From Escherichia phage vB_EcoM_LMP33, in the sequence record MK482689.1: a stretch of DNA of 64,000 bases; one strand, given 5' to 3'. Below the pieces are notes generated by a model. That model was not told the origin of the DNA, did not search any database, and saw only the letters and a list, made by a program, of their open reading frames with translations. Position numbers and translations under genes: made by a program. This document shows positions 38,047 to 47,836 of the stretch, piece after piece (position 1 is the stretch's first letter; each line of letters begins with the position of its first letter).

Positions 38047-39694
38047 TCGACGCAACGGGGCTAAATAGCCCCAGATACCTGAAAAGCTCCTTCTCATAGG
38101 GGCTTTTTTACGTCTATGTAATAGCCTCTATACAACCCTTTCCCTTTCCTTCCTAGAATCTATCCCACTAATTCGATAGAATCTATCTCATACCTTAAAA
38201 AGCAATAACTCTATAGTCTACTCTATAACCTTTTATCAAATCAACTTAAATAAAAGCCAATAACCCCAGAAAGGGGATGGCCCATTTAAATGCTCTATAA
38301 AGCTCTATAACAGCCTTATCAACCTAACTTAAGGGATTGCATTAACCAACCTTAAAAAGCTCTTTACAGGGCTTTATAGAGGCTTAAAAGAATCTTATAA
38401 GGTTATAAGCTTTATTATCTCGTTAGCTATCTTGTGAATATCTAAAAAGGGCTTGTTAGTGTCTTAAAAGTATGTTATAGGGGCTATAAAGTTACTTTGA
38501 AGTTGCTTAAAAGTTACGTAAATGCTAGCCCCCTTAACATTTTCTTAACAATTTCTTAACAATCCCTACATAGTTATGCTTGTTAGCAACTTGTTAGCCC
38601 CTTGTTAAATCTCTGTTAAGACAACGTAAAAGCCTTGTAAGAACCTTTGACATAGCCTTTAAAGCCCCTGTAAAGCCTTATAAAGAGGTATCTGTACAGT
38701 TGGGGTGTAATTACTAGGAAGAGGCTTAAAAGAGCTTATAAAGAGCTATAGAGAGCTTTTAAGAGGTATGTTTAGAGAATCACTAAGAGGGAAAGGGAAC
38801 GATAAGAAAAGAGTAGTGACCATGTTAATAGCTTGTTAAAAAGATTAAACACTTGTTAGAAACTTGTTAATTATCTTAACAAAATAACTCTTAAAAATTA
38901 ACTTGTTAGCTCTTGTTAGTCATCTGTTAAGATTCTGTAAAGCCTATGTATCAACTGTTAAGAACTTGTTACAACCTTGTTAGTTCTGTTAAGAATCTGT
39001 TAAGACCTCTGAAGAGATGTTAAGAACTTGAGAGAGTTGTTAAGGAATTGTTAATGATATTTAAAATTTTGCAAAGTACTTGTAAGGGAGTTGTTAAGGG
39101 CTACCAAGCAGATATACATCTTCTACAGATATTTTTCAGTTCCTTCAAAGACCCTAAAAAATGACTTGATAGTCCTATTTTATAAAAATTTTAAGATTCT
39201 GAATAATTACCTATACAGCCTTTCTAAAATACAGGTAATAACAGGCTTATAAGATACCTTGTTAGTACCGTGTTAGACCTTGTGAGATAAGGTCTGTGAA
39301 GATATTCCTGTTAAGTTTGTTAAAACAGTCTATATAGAGGCTTAGTAATACCTAGTGAACACCTATAGAGAGTGTCATAGCTAACCTAGAGATTAAGAGG
39401 TGTATAGGAGCTTCTAAGAGGGTATAGAGAGGTGGTTAAGGTGATTGTATAGGTTGTTAAGAAGGCTTGTTAGAGGGCTTGTTAGAAGGGTTATACAGAG
39501 GGCTATTAAGACCACTAGATAGATACTAAGATACTATATAGTACTATATAACTATATATAGAGAGTAAGCTTAAGAAGGTTGTTAAGAAGGGTAGATATT
39601 TTGTTCACATATGATGGTGACCCAGAGGTTGGGACAACCGATAAAATTTTATAAAAATTAAAAAGCCCCCAATTAAGGAGGCTCTTAAGATATT
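38047..39694. repeat. about 1.65-kb ORF-free region dense in short degenerate repeats ((C)TTGTTA(G/A), CTGTTAAG, TATAAAG, CTTAAAAG; tandem TTCTTAACAA x2 near 38543-38564)
   Basis: No ORF of 60 aa or more on either strand; dozens of TTGTTA(A/G)-type motifs; lies between convergent plus and minus gene clusters. Confidence 0.7.
39661..39686 (-). terminator. intrinsic terminator for minus-strand cluster
   Basis: On minus strand: AGCCTCC..GGGGGCT hairpin + TTTT just downstream of the stop at 39695. Confidence 0.45.
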
Positions 39695-40288
39695 TTAAAT
39701 CAGTGTTTCCAGAACTGTCTTCAGTGATGACTTGGTTGTCTGATAAAAATGAGTAAATCCATTGTTGTTATCGAATACCTGCATCATGATATCATCTCCC
39801 TTGATTGGGTACACTCGGATATCATAGTGAAAACCATTAAAGACACAAGAACCACTACAGAATGCTCTAAAGTCATCCACTGAGATATACTCTTCGTGAC
39901 CTGTGATTTTTATACAAACACCTTTACTCGGTCTCTTAGGGTTGATATCTTCCATCACAGACATACTCTGTCCACCAAGAGATACCATAGTGACCACTTT
40001 ACGGTTCTTCTGTCTAAAGTACATCTTAACTTTCTGCAAAGTATCTTCATAGAACGGATAAGACCTTTCTACAAAGATTCCTTCAAGCGGCTCTTTACCA
40101 TTTTCAACTTCTCTGTTATGCCGTACTGCAAAGATAATTTGTTCGAACCAGTCAAGATTTTCTTCGGAGAGTGCTTCCCGAATATCACTCCAGTCAAGGA
40201 CTAGATAGTTACCTTCAACTTCTTTTAAGTTATCTTTTCCCATAGTTATCACACCATTATCGTAAAACTTGGTAAGCTGGAACTGCAA
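39695..40288 (-). CDS. hypothetical protein
   Basis: 197-aa ORF, last gene of minus-strand cluster. Confidence 0.45.
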   Translation of the reverse strand: MQFQLTKFYDNGVITMGKDNLKEVEGNYLVLDWSDIREALSEENLDWFEQIIFAVRHNREVENGKEPLEGIFVERSYPFYEDTLQKVKMYFRQKNRKVVTMVSLGGQSMSVMEDINPKRPSKGVCIKITGHEEYISVDDFRAFCSGSCVFNGFHYDIRVYPIKGDDIMMQVFDNNNGFTHFYQTTKSSLKTVLETLI

Positions 40289-40721
40289 ACTTGTTGCCGT
40301 TGTTCTTAATGAGGTCTTCTTCTGTTACTAAGAATGTAATCCCACATAAGTGTGTGTAGTGGCTATCATACTCAAATATTTTAAGTAAGTATTTACCATC
40401 GTGATAAACAGATTCTACTACACCTTTTGCAACAATCTTTCCAGTCTTGAAGTCTTTAAGACGGTATACATTACCAACTTTGGGGACTGTTTTCACTTCA
40501 GGTTCTTTTAGCTTCTCACCAACTTCTACATCACCTAGTAAGTGAGAACTCTCAAACGCTACATATTGCATATAAGCTTCTGAGCATTCCCAGATAAAAC
40601 AATGTACAAGAACCTTAGCAGCATGTCTTGAGCAATTCAGCTTATCACAAATTTCTTTGTACATTTCATCTTTAGTTGAGTTGTCAAGCATTGCTTTTCG
40701 AACTGTTTCTTTAATTTTCAT
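40257..40721 (-). CDS. hypothetical protein
   Basis: 154-aa ORF. Confidence 0.4.
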   Translation of the reverse strand: MKIKETVRKAMLDNSTKDEMYKEICDKLNCSRHAAKVLVHCFIWECSEAYMQYVAFESSHLLGDVEVGEKLKEPEVKTVPKVGNVYRLKDFKTGKIVAKGVVESVYHDGKYLLKIFEYDSHYTHLCGITFLVTEEDLIKNNGNKFAVPAYQVLR

Positions 40722-41139
40722 AAGCTCTCCGAATAACCCTATTAAGCATCTCTAAAGTCAGCTTTCCAGATTCTAAATGTGGCATAACAAGCTTTAAAGC
40801 TTTTTCAACATCATGCACAACATCTATTATACCTTCTGCATAGGCTTCTACAAGGATATCTTTTACATTTTGTGATTTACCTTTTTGTGGTATCACTAGA
40901 CGCATATCAAACTCATTTGCTTGAGGATGGTTCTTACCACGCCAGAGACCGTCCTTATCAAAGCTTATAAAGTTATCCTCATTAAAATTAATACCACAAG
41001 CAACAAACTTATCTAGCACTATGCAGTTGAGAGGGTAATCATCATTTGCATCATTCATTCCGAGAAACTTAACAGTAGAGATATATCTCTGTGTCTTTGC
41101 ATCTACAACGTCAAGTTCTTTACCTATGTACTCTTTCAT
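40711..41139 (-). CDS. hypothetical protein
   Basis: 142-aa ORF. Confidence 0.4.
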   Translation of the reverse strand: MKEYIGKELDVVDAKTQRYISTVKFLGMNDANDDYPLNCIVLDKFVACGINFNEDNFISFDKDGLWRGKNHPQANEFDMRLVIPQKGKSQNVKDILVEAYAEGIIDVVHDVEKALKLVMPHLESGKLTLEMLNRVIRRAYEN

Positions 41140-41142
41140 CTC

Positions 41143-41415
41143 TTAAATCCTATCAATTTGAAATTCTTCAGGCAACTCAGCCACCACTTTTAAATAGTAA
41201 GCATCAGAGATTGTATGCTTTGTCTCATAGCTACCATTCTTAATCCAGTTATAGTTTTCTGGTATTCCATCATCATTACAAAAACCTGAGTACATAATTG
41301 CTCTGTGGATTATATTTTTATTAGAGTATGCAACATCTACAATATAGTATGTTTTTTCTTTCCAACCACCTTCAGGCTTACAGATACCTGAGATACCCTC
41401 TAATTCTGGTGTCAT
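41143..41415 (-). CDS. hypothetical protein
   Basis: 90-aa ORF. Confidence 0.35.
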   Translation of the reverse strand: MTPELEGISGICKPEGGWKEKTYYIVDVAYSNKNIIHRAIMYSGFCNDDGIPENYNWIKNGSYETKHTISDAYYLKVVAELPEEFQIDRI

Positions 41416-41468
41416 TTCGCTACCTTTTAAGTTTCTACAAAGGGGCTATCAAATAACCCCTCAAGCTA

Positions 41469-41693
41469 CTACTCAGACTTTTCAGTCTTTTTATCGGATT
41501 TCTTACTAGTCTTCTTCTCAGCTTTCTGCTCAGGTTCCTTCTCAGAAGTTGCCTTGATAACCATATCAAGAAGCTCTGATAAGTCACTCTTCAGCAAAGT
41601 AACAGGCTGCTCATTGTAGAAGTTTTTGTCAAGATAAACTTTGAACTCTTCAATAGAAGGAAATCCAAAAATTGGTACAGGTGTCTTAATCAT
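41469..41693 (-). CDS. hypothetical protein with lysine-rich C-terminus
   Basis: 74-aa ORF ending EQKAEKKTSKKSDKKTEKSE. Confidence 0.35.
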   Translation of the reverse strand: MIKTPVPIFGFPSIEEFKVYLDKNFYNEQPVTLLKSDLSELLDMVIKATSEKEPEQKAEKKTSKKSDKKTEKSE

Positions 41694-41769
41694 TACTTAG
41701 TTTCTCCATAGGCATCTTTCAAGATTGCCTTGTTAATCATTTCAGCGATTGCAAAACGAACACATACAG

Positions 41770-42273
41770 CTATAATTGTAGGTTGCATTCTTTACTTACC
41801 TCTTCAAGTTTAACCTCAGAGTCCTTAAGTCGTTTCTTATGAACTCTGAATCTTAGTAGTGAGATGATGATACCAGCTAAAGGAACAGCATACAAGTACC
41901 AAACATCATATACCTTTGCAGTAATCTGTGTGATAGTCAAGTCTTGAGCTATGTAGCTGATTGCTGATACGGCTAGTAATGTTGCTAAGAAAAAAACCAG
42001 TATCATAGCAATATTCAGACAACCTCTAGCATGGTATTCATGCTTAATGCACTTATTCTTCTCTTCAACAACACTGTTGTAGTCATTTGTAAAGTCTCTG
42101 TAGAAAGCTTTCAAGTATTCTTGAGTGTAGCCCTCAAAGCAACCTGTACCGTACCAATAATCACCACCAAAGTGTGCTATGATACCGGTATCCCCATTTG
42201 GTTTGGTTACTCTCAAAGAGGTGTGATGACGAGTATCCTGATAATCTATCTTATATCTTTCTTCGTAAATCAT
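41770..42273 (-). CDS. membrane protein, two TM helices (hypothetical; holin candidate not excluded)
   Basis: 167 aa with hydrophobic segments LNIAMILVFFLATLLAVSAISYI and LYAVPLAGIIISLL. Confidence 0.35.
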   Translation of the reverse strand: MIYEERYKIDYQDTRHHTSLRVTKPNGDTGIIAHFGGDYWYGTGCFEGYTQEYLKAFYRDFTNDYNSVVEEKNKCIKHEYHARGCLNIAMILVFFLATLLAVSAISYIAQDLTITQITAKVYDVWYLYAVPLAGIIISLLRFRVHKKRLKDSEVKLEEVSKECNLQL

Positions 42274-42503
42274 TTTCCAATCCCTCTCAATCGTTTATTC
42301 CACTCAAGGTCAACAAGTCTTTGCAGGACTCTCCCTCTAGGTGTTACGCCTTTTAAATCTGCATCGTAGCAACGGTAAAAGTCACCTTCAGCGTGTTTAC
42401 CATAGCACTTTCTTATATTCTGACTTCTACGATATTGCTCTAACAGGGACAGTTTGTAGTAATCTTCAACTGTAGTTAGTTTTTTCATTCTTTCACCACG
42501 CAT
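42270..42503 (-). CDS. hypothetical basic protein
   Basis: 77-aa ORF. Confidence 0.3.
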   Translation of the reverse strand: MRGERMKKLTTVEDYYKLSLLEQYRRSQNIRKCYGKHAEGDFYRCYDADLKGVTPRGRVLQRLVDLEWNKRLRGIGK

Positions 42504-42571
42504 CTTCTTGAGAAACTAAAAAGGGAACTACCTCTCGATAGCTCCCATCATAGTTAACATTGTATATTCGG

Positions 42572-43153
42572 TCAAGAGTATTTTTTAGGCAGTAATGCGC
42601 TACGTTTGTTACTCTCTTCACTCAATAGTGCGATAAAATCGTCACCTTTGCCTTTCCACGGGCTGAATGAAGGGATATGTTCACGAATAGCTTCAATAAC
42701 CGTCTTAAGTGCTGTATTCTTCATCCACCAACCAGAATCTGCTGATGCTACAACATAGTACCCGCCATCATCAGTAAGGATTGGCTCTGAGATACACGGT
42801 GAAATCAGAGTGGTTATAATTGAACCATTGTTCATGTAGTATGTACGCTTAATAACCTTTTCAAGAAGCTTGTGAAGGTCACCAAACAGTGTTACAAGCT
42901 CTTTATGGTCAATGTCTTTTTCAAGATTGGCTCGATACTTCAAAAGTGCAGCATCAACTTCTCTATCATTAAACTTGAAGTACTGGACTTCCTCAACAAG
43001 ACAAACACTGATGTTGTTGACATTCATAGTCAACTTACAGACTTTTGCAGGAGAATTGATACTTGGTTGAAAAAGTGCAATACACCCTTCGATGTTTCCA
43101 AAATGTTGTACTAAGGTCACTTGTGGAGTGATACTCTGTTGCTCTTCGGACAT
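42572..43153 (-). CDS. hypothetical protein
   Basis: 193-aa ORF. Confidence 0.4.
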   Translation of the reverse strand: MSEEQQSITPQVTLVQHFGNIEGCIALFQPSINSPAKVCKLTMNVNNISVCLVEEVQYFKFNDREVDAALLKYRANLEKDIDHKELVTLFGDLHKLLEKVIKRTYYMNNGSIITTLISPCISEPILTDDGGYYVVASADSGWWMKNTALKTVIEAIREHIPSFSPWKGKGDDFIALLSEESNKRSALLPKKYS

Positions 43154-43497
43154 TACAGTTTCCTCATTAAATACTTTTTAAGTTGTGTGTTAGGTTTCTC
43201 AAAAACTTCTACAGAAGATATCTTGACAGACTCACCACGCATACCAGTATGTTTGAATATGTAGTACTCTAACATCCCTATATACTTTGCTGGTAAGTCA
43301 TATTTTACATACACCGTCACAGAATCTTCAAACTCAACAACCTTTGTACCATCTTTGTAGTTAAACTCTTTAGGATGGTTGTAGTTGTCTATGTCATACA
43401 TTAAAAAGAGTCTTTTCCGTTGCATATCAAGCTTGTTTGTTAAAGACTCTTTGATATCTGAGAAGTTTTTGTACACTGTGACATGGAGCTTACTCAT
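43153..43497 (-). CDS. hypothetical protein
   Basis: 114-aa ORF. Confidence 0.35.
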   Translation of the reverse strand: MSKLHVTVYKNFSDIKESLTNKLDMQRKRLFLMYDIDNYNHPKEFNYKDGTKVVEFEDSVTVYVKYDLPAKYIGMLEYYIFKHTGMRGESVKISSVEVFEKPNTQLKKYLMRKL

Positions 43498-43783
43498 CGT
43501 TAAACTCTCTGACGAAGAAATAGTTGACTTTGTTATTACCTACCATAAGGTCAAAGCAGGTATTTTCAAAAGGTTTGTTATAGGCATCATATGAAACGTA
43601 TGTATCAGCTACTTGCTTAGTGCTTAACTTCTTACTTGATGGGTTTAAGAGGCCACCATACAGCTTCTTGATAGCCTCTTCTACAACAGACCAGATAATT
43701 TCGTCAGTAATTTCTTCGTACAGGTCAAGTTCACGCTCTAGTGAGAAGTCACAAATAGGGAAAACAACCTGTACTTTACTCAT
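43490..43783 (-). CDS. hypothetical protein
   Basis: 97-aa ORF. Confidence 0.35.
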   Translation of the reverse strand: MSKVQVVFPICDFSLERELDLYEEITDEIIWSVVEEAIKKLYGGLLNPSSKKLSTKQVADTYVSYDAYNKPFENTCFDLMVGNNKVNYFFVREFNDE

Positions 43784-44172
43784 TAACGAATAACCTGTGA
43801 GACTTGAATTGCTTCAGTTACAGACAAATCACCAACTTTCTCTTCTTTGATAAAAGTGAATGTGAGTTCAACAGGCTCTTGCTCTTCTTGCTCAACTGGA
43901 ATGCCATTAAGCTCATCTCGGATTGATTGAGTTGTCCAGTCTTCTCCACCATCTGGATAATGGATGGCGTAAAGAGGAAACTCCATGTCATACCAGCCAA
44001 ATACAGGGCAACCATCTGCATCATCTCGCATTCTGCGAAGGGTGCTACCTGAGCCTGTAAAGCGAAGACTAATATTTCCATTACACTCAAAAATCACTGC
44101 GTCAGCAAGTCCAGCATCTTCTCGACCATCATGGCCAAAGGTGTCAACTTTTACTTGAATCTCTTTATTCAT
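43783..44172 (-). CDS. hypothetical protein
   Basis: 129-aa ORF. Confidence 0.35.
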   Translation of the reverse strand: MNKEIQVKVDTFGHDGREDAGLADAVIFECNGNISLRFTGSGSTLRRMRDDADGCPVFGWYDMEFPLYAIHYPDGGEDWTTQSIRDELNGIPVEQEEQEPVELTFTFIKEEKVGDLSVTEAIQVSQVIR

Positions 44173-44563
44173 AAAAACCTCTCTCTGCTTGTTCTATTTT
44201 TGCTCTTAAAGCTTCGCAATGTTGTAAATGATAGTTAGCTTCTTGTTCATGTGTTGCTAACTGCCTTTCCAGAACAGTTTTATAATAACTTGCGAGTTGC
44301 TCTTTTGTCAATGGGTGCTCTGAAATAATATCAAGTCCACTTTCACCAAGAGGGTTGAATTGTCCATGTTCGTTGACATTGTAAGTCTCAAACTTAAACA
44401 GGCCATTGTTCACAGACTCAATAGGTGACAGCTCAACAAGCTCTACAGTAAACCGTGTATATACCTTGTCACCTCTTGAAACCACATTGTTCCCGACAAT
44501 GCGTACAAGCGAGCCATTACGAGTGTACTTAAAAGTTCCAAAGTCACTAGCCCAAAGTTTCAT
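44165..44563 (-). CDS. hypothetical protein
   Basis: 132-aa ORF. Confidence 0.35.
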   Translation of the reverse strand: MKLWASDFGTFKYTRNGSLVRIVGNNVVSRGDKVYTRFTVELVELSPIESVNNGLFKFETYNVNEHGQFNPLGESGLDIISEHPLTKEQLASYYKTVLERQLATHEQEANYHLQHCEALRAKIEQAERGFYE

Positions 44564-44582
44564 AGCTTTCTCCTTAGAAAAT

Positions 44583-44604
44583 AAAAAAGGCTCCCGAAGG
44601 AGCC
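44583..44604 (-). terminator. intrinsic terminator (GGCTCC-TTCG-GGAGCC + TTTTTT on minus strand)
   Basis: Perfect hairpin with UUCG loop downstream of the lysozyme gene. Confidence 0.55.
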
Positions 44605-44614
44605 TATGAAGATA

Positions 44615-45079
44615 TTACTTTGGGTATACACTGTCAAGATAAATGTCAGCTTCCATTCTACGTCTGTTTTTCAGACCGTTTGAAGTGACCTTCTTACCTT
44701 TGACTGTAACCTTGTTCCACCACTGCATAGCTTCTGCACAACCTACCTTATTACCAGCATTGTGGCGCTTGATAAATGTGGAATCCTGCATAGCTGTGAT
44801 ACCGATGTTGTATGTTTCACTTACAAGTGCATCGAACTCATTCTGAGTAGTTGGAACCTTGATAGCTTTGTTCACTGCTGCAACAAACTTCTCAACATCC
44901 GCGAGAAGATACTGTTCAGCTTGTTCAGCAGTAATTTTCATACCCATCTTAACAGGTTTTCCGTCAATACGGATTGTCCCATACCCGATTGTTGGGATTC
45001 CGGCAGAATCTTCGTAAGCCTCTAACTCCAGACCTTCGAAGAACTTAATAGCATCTAAACCTTTTCTTGAGAGTTGCAT
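44615..45079 (-). CDS. endolysin, lysozyme (glycoside hydrolase family 24-like)
   Basis: 154 aa; N-terminus GLDAIKFFEGLELEAYEDSAGIPTIGYGT is the T4/lambda-type lysozyme catalytic region. Confidence 0.75.
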   Translation of the reverse strand: MQLSRKGLDAIKFFEGLELEAYEDSAGIPTIGYGTIRIDGKPVKMGMKITAEQAEQYLLADVEKFVAAVNKAIKVPTTQNEFDALVSETYNIGITAMQDSTFIKRHNAGNKVGCAEAMQWWNKVTVKGKKVTSNGLKNRRRMEADIYLDSVYPK

Positions 45080-46212
45080 TACGCCTCCCCTGCTGGGTTA
45101 ACTGTAACTGTTGCTGCATTGGATGTTACAGAGCCACCTGCACCAGTAACTACACAGGTGTAGCTTCCTGCATCAGCAGCGGTTGCACCTTCTTTGGTGT
45201 AAGTTGCAGTAGTTGCATCGAGGATGTCTTCCTCACCTTTCTTCCATTGGTAACCTGTCGCACCTGTTGCCACAACATTCAGCGTTAAGGTCTCACCTTC
45301 AGTGATTTCTTGATTGGTTGGCTGTTGAGTGATAACTGGTAAAGCTTTCACAGTAACGGTTGCAGGGTTAGAAGTGACAGAACCACCTGCACCTGTTACA
45401 ACGCAAGTGTATGAACCTGCATCTGCTGGCAGAGCACCAGACTTACTATAGGTTGCATCTGTAGCCGAAGGAATGTCAGAGCCATCTTTCTTCCACTGAT
45501 AACCTGTTGCACCTGTTGCAGTCACTTCCAAGTTGATGTTTCCACCCTCATTGACGGTCTGGCTAGAAGGTTGTTGTGTAATCACAGGCAGTGTGTTGAC
45601 AGTAACTGTTGCCGCATCTGAGGTAACGCTTGTCCCAGCCTCTCCAGATACAACACAAGTGTATGAACCGGCATCAGAAGGTTCTACAGACTGTTTTGTG
45701 TAGGTTGCAGATGTGGCGCTAGTGATATCCTCACCATCCTTTTTCCATTGATATCCAGTGGCATTAGTTGCAATAACGCTTAGGGTAAGTGTACCACCTT
45801 CATTTACTGTTTGATTGGTTGGTTGCTGAGTGATTGATGGTGGCTTGATAGCGCCCTTCAACTTAGCATTCAACATTGAGAATGGTTTAACTCTTGCCAG
45901 CCATTCACAATAAACTGTATCAACGTCTTTACCATTGATAATTGCATATTGTAAGTCCATGAAGAAGTCAGAAGTTCTCATTTGAGCACCAACACTGTAA
46001 AGCAACTCATCACTAAATGGAACTTTGTAGTCTGGTTTATAGTCAAACTTCTCAACTTCTGCAATATCAGCTTCAGGCCAATACGAGCTATAGGTAAGTG
46101 GTAAAATAGCCTCTTGATATGTTCTAAAATCATATCTCTTACCAGCCTTTACGTTTGCAATGAAGCCCTTCACAAACTCTTTGAAGTCTGGGTAAGTCTT
46201 TGCTTTAATCAT
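45079..46212 (-). CDS. protein with N-terminal domain plus three tandem Ig-like domains
   Basis: Three repeats of about 85 aa (ITQQP..Q.VNEGG...ATGYQWKKDG...AGSYTCVVTGAGGSVTS..ATVTV), immunoglobulin-like; N-terminal 120 aa paralogous to the adjacent 123-aa protein. Confidence 0.55.
   Translation of the reverse strand: MIKAKTYPDFKEFVKGFIANVKAGKRYDFRTYQEAILPLTYSSYWPEADIAEVEKFDYKPDYKVPFSDELLYSVGAQMRTSDFFMDLQYAIINGKDVDTVYCEWLARVKPFSMLNAKLKGAIKPPSITQQPTNQTVNEGGTLTLSVIATNATGYQWKKDGEDITSATSATYTKQSVEPSDAGSYTCVVSGEAGTSVTSDAATVTVNTLPVITQQPSSQTVNEGGNINLEVTATGATGYQWKKDGSDIPSATDATYSKSGALPADAGSYTCVVTGAGGSVTSNPATVTVKALPVITQQPTNQEITEGETLTLNVVATGATGYQWKKGEEDILDATTATYTKEGATAADAGSYTCVVTGAGGSVTSNAATVTVNPAGEA
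45100..45850. repeat. three tandem DNA repeats of about 250 bp encoding the Ig-like domains
   Basis: Nucleotide-level repetition underlying the three Ig-like units. Confidence 0.55.
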
Positions 46213-46580
46213 TTCTTTTCAGCCTCTAAATGTGCGTTTAGTCTAAAATAACCTTTGTGATTCGGAGATACATCACCAACGACAATACCTTTAACCTTAT
46301 AGCCTTTACCAATTACATACTGGATATCCATAAGGAATCTTCCAAGACCAACAATATGGAACATTGGGTATAATAGATTCTCAGAGTCTGGAATATTGAT
46401 TTCAGGTTTGTAGGTACGCTGTTCGCTTGTTGGTGTAATATCTTCTTCAGGCCATTTACTGAGTCTCCATGTCAAAGGTGTTGGGATAACATCATTAAGG
46501 TTGTACCTTTCACCATTTTGCACGGAATTGATATAGGATTGTAGGAAGCAATAAAAGTCTTTTGCACTCTTAGCTTTCAT
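46209..46580 (-). CDS. hypothetical protein, paralog of N-terminal domain of the Ig-like protein
   Basis: Shared motifs with the downstream protein N-terminus (DF..F...I..V..G.RY; Y.W.....L...E....YKP...P.S..LLY; MD(L/I)QY(A/V)I..GK.V). Confidence 0.4.
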   Translation of the reverse strand: MKAKSAKDFYCFLQSYINSVQNGERYNLNDVIPTPLTWRLSKWPEEDITPTSEQRTYKPEINIPDSENLLYPMFHIVGLGRFLMDIQYVIGKGYKVKGIVVGDVSPNHKGYFRLNAHLEAEKK

Positions 46581-46627
46581 TAAATATCCTTATAAATAGT
46601 TAAAGGGGCATAAGCCCCTATTCACAC

Positions 46628-47218
46628 TTAAGCTTTGGTCTTAAGTAGGTTCTTAAGTTTTTTAAGATTCATACTCTCATCAAACTTAAAACCAAATCCA
46701 TTGACATAATCAATGAACTCGGATTTCTTACTGAGTGACAATGCGTAACTCATATCAAAGTTCTTACTTGTTTCTGCGTCTGGACTAGAGTTCACATCAA
46801 ATGAAATTTCCGTAGGCTCTTGCTTACTTTTTCTCATATTATCAACCAACAAACATGTATAGTTTGCTGGATAGAAATTTACACTACCATCAACGTAGCT
46901 GTACTTATTATTATGGATAAGGTTGGAAAATACCTTAAGGAATGTTTCTGAGTCGTGGCAAACAAGTTTGAATTGGCTGCTCTCTCCAAGCGCAACTAAT
47001 GAATACGGACTTTCACTATCAAAGTCATAATTTGGATTCGATGCCGTTACTGTTACACGCATCAAGTTATTAGCAATAGTCTTCTGTTTAAAAGAATTTT
47101 GAACATAGTGAAGACCTCTACCACACTGATTGACTAGCTCTTTAAGTAGGTCATTTGCATATGGTGAATTAATTGATACAGAGCCATCACTATTGTAATT
47201 AAAACTTACTGTTAACAT
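46628..47218 (-). CDS. hypothetical protein
   Basis: 196-aa ORF. Confidence 0.4.
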   Translation of the reverse strand: MLTVSFNYNSDGSVSINSPYANDLLKELVNQCGRGLHYVQNSFKQKTIANNLMRVTVTASNPNYDFDSESPYSLVALGESSQFKLVCHDSETFLKVFSNLIHNNKYSYVDGSVNFYPANYTCLLVDNMRKSKQEPTEISFDVNSSPDAETSKNFDMSYALSLSKKSEFIDYVNGFGFKFDESMNLKKLKNLLKTKA

Positions 47219-47445
47219 TTTTCAGTTCTCCTGCGATTTATAATTTTGCTGCAATAGAGAAACGAAGTAAACTCACTGGAAGAAACCATTAAGTGTTGTT
47301 CACTAGATTGAGCCATTGCCCTGAAATACATTCCAGTCAAAGCATCGTAGTGACTATTCTTTCCAATTGAGGTTATATAGCCATGACTCTTTGCAGTTTT
47401 ATATAAATCTATAATATCTGCGATTTCTAATTGGGAACTACACAT
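47212..47445 (-). CDS. hypothetical protein
   Basis: 77-aa ORF. Confidence 0.3.
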   Translation of the reverse strand: MCSSQLEIADIIDLYKTAKSHGYITSIGKNSHYDALTGMYFRAMAQSSEQHLMVSSSEFTSFLYCSKIINRRRTEKC

Positions 47446-47609
47446 AGATAATCCTCTTGTCTTCTGTAATTTTGAAAGAACAGGTACAGACCAATTTCAG
47501 AGGATGAATAGTAGAGTAACTCTACCCTTTTTGATTCCTTACAGTGATTGGTATTTTTACCTTTCTTCGGGTTGTTTGATTTTCTCATTAAGTCTCCTTT
47601 GTAGAACAA
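47427..47609 (-). CDS. hypothetical small basic protein
   Basis: 60-aa ORF, first gene of minus-strand cluster. Confidence 0.3.
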   Translation of the reverse strand: MFYKGDLMRKSNNPKKGKNTNHCKESKRVELLYYSSSEIGLYLFFQNYRRQEDYLCVVPN

Positions 47610-47686
47610 GGCAGACCTACAGCTTAAGTAAGATGGTACAGTAATCCATACAACAAGTCAAGAACTATTGCAAGTTAAAAAAGTTG

Positions 47687-47710
47687 TTGACAAAGTACTT
47701 GACAAGGTGT
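47687..47710. promoter_or_regulatory. conserved 24-bp dual-TTGACA motif (TTGACAAAGTACTTGACAAGGTGT), copy 2
   Basis: In the divergent intergenic region between the minus-strand cluster start and 47837; 23/24 identity with copy 1. Confidence 0.5.
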
Positions 47711-47836
47711 AGGCTTATAAATACTTAGAAGATAACTTAAAAGGTTCCTCTAAAAAGGCTATTTAAACAGATATCTTTCTGGATATCTATCTTTTATCTT
47801 AAAAGCCTTTTAAGAGGTCTTATAAGAGGCATACCA

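Noticed and set aside
41770-42273. Calling the two-TM 167-aa minus-strand protein a holin
   Set aside because: Topology is compatible, but it is not adjacent to the endolysin and has no other holin hallmark; left as a membrane protein of unknown function.
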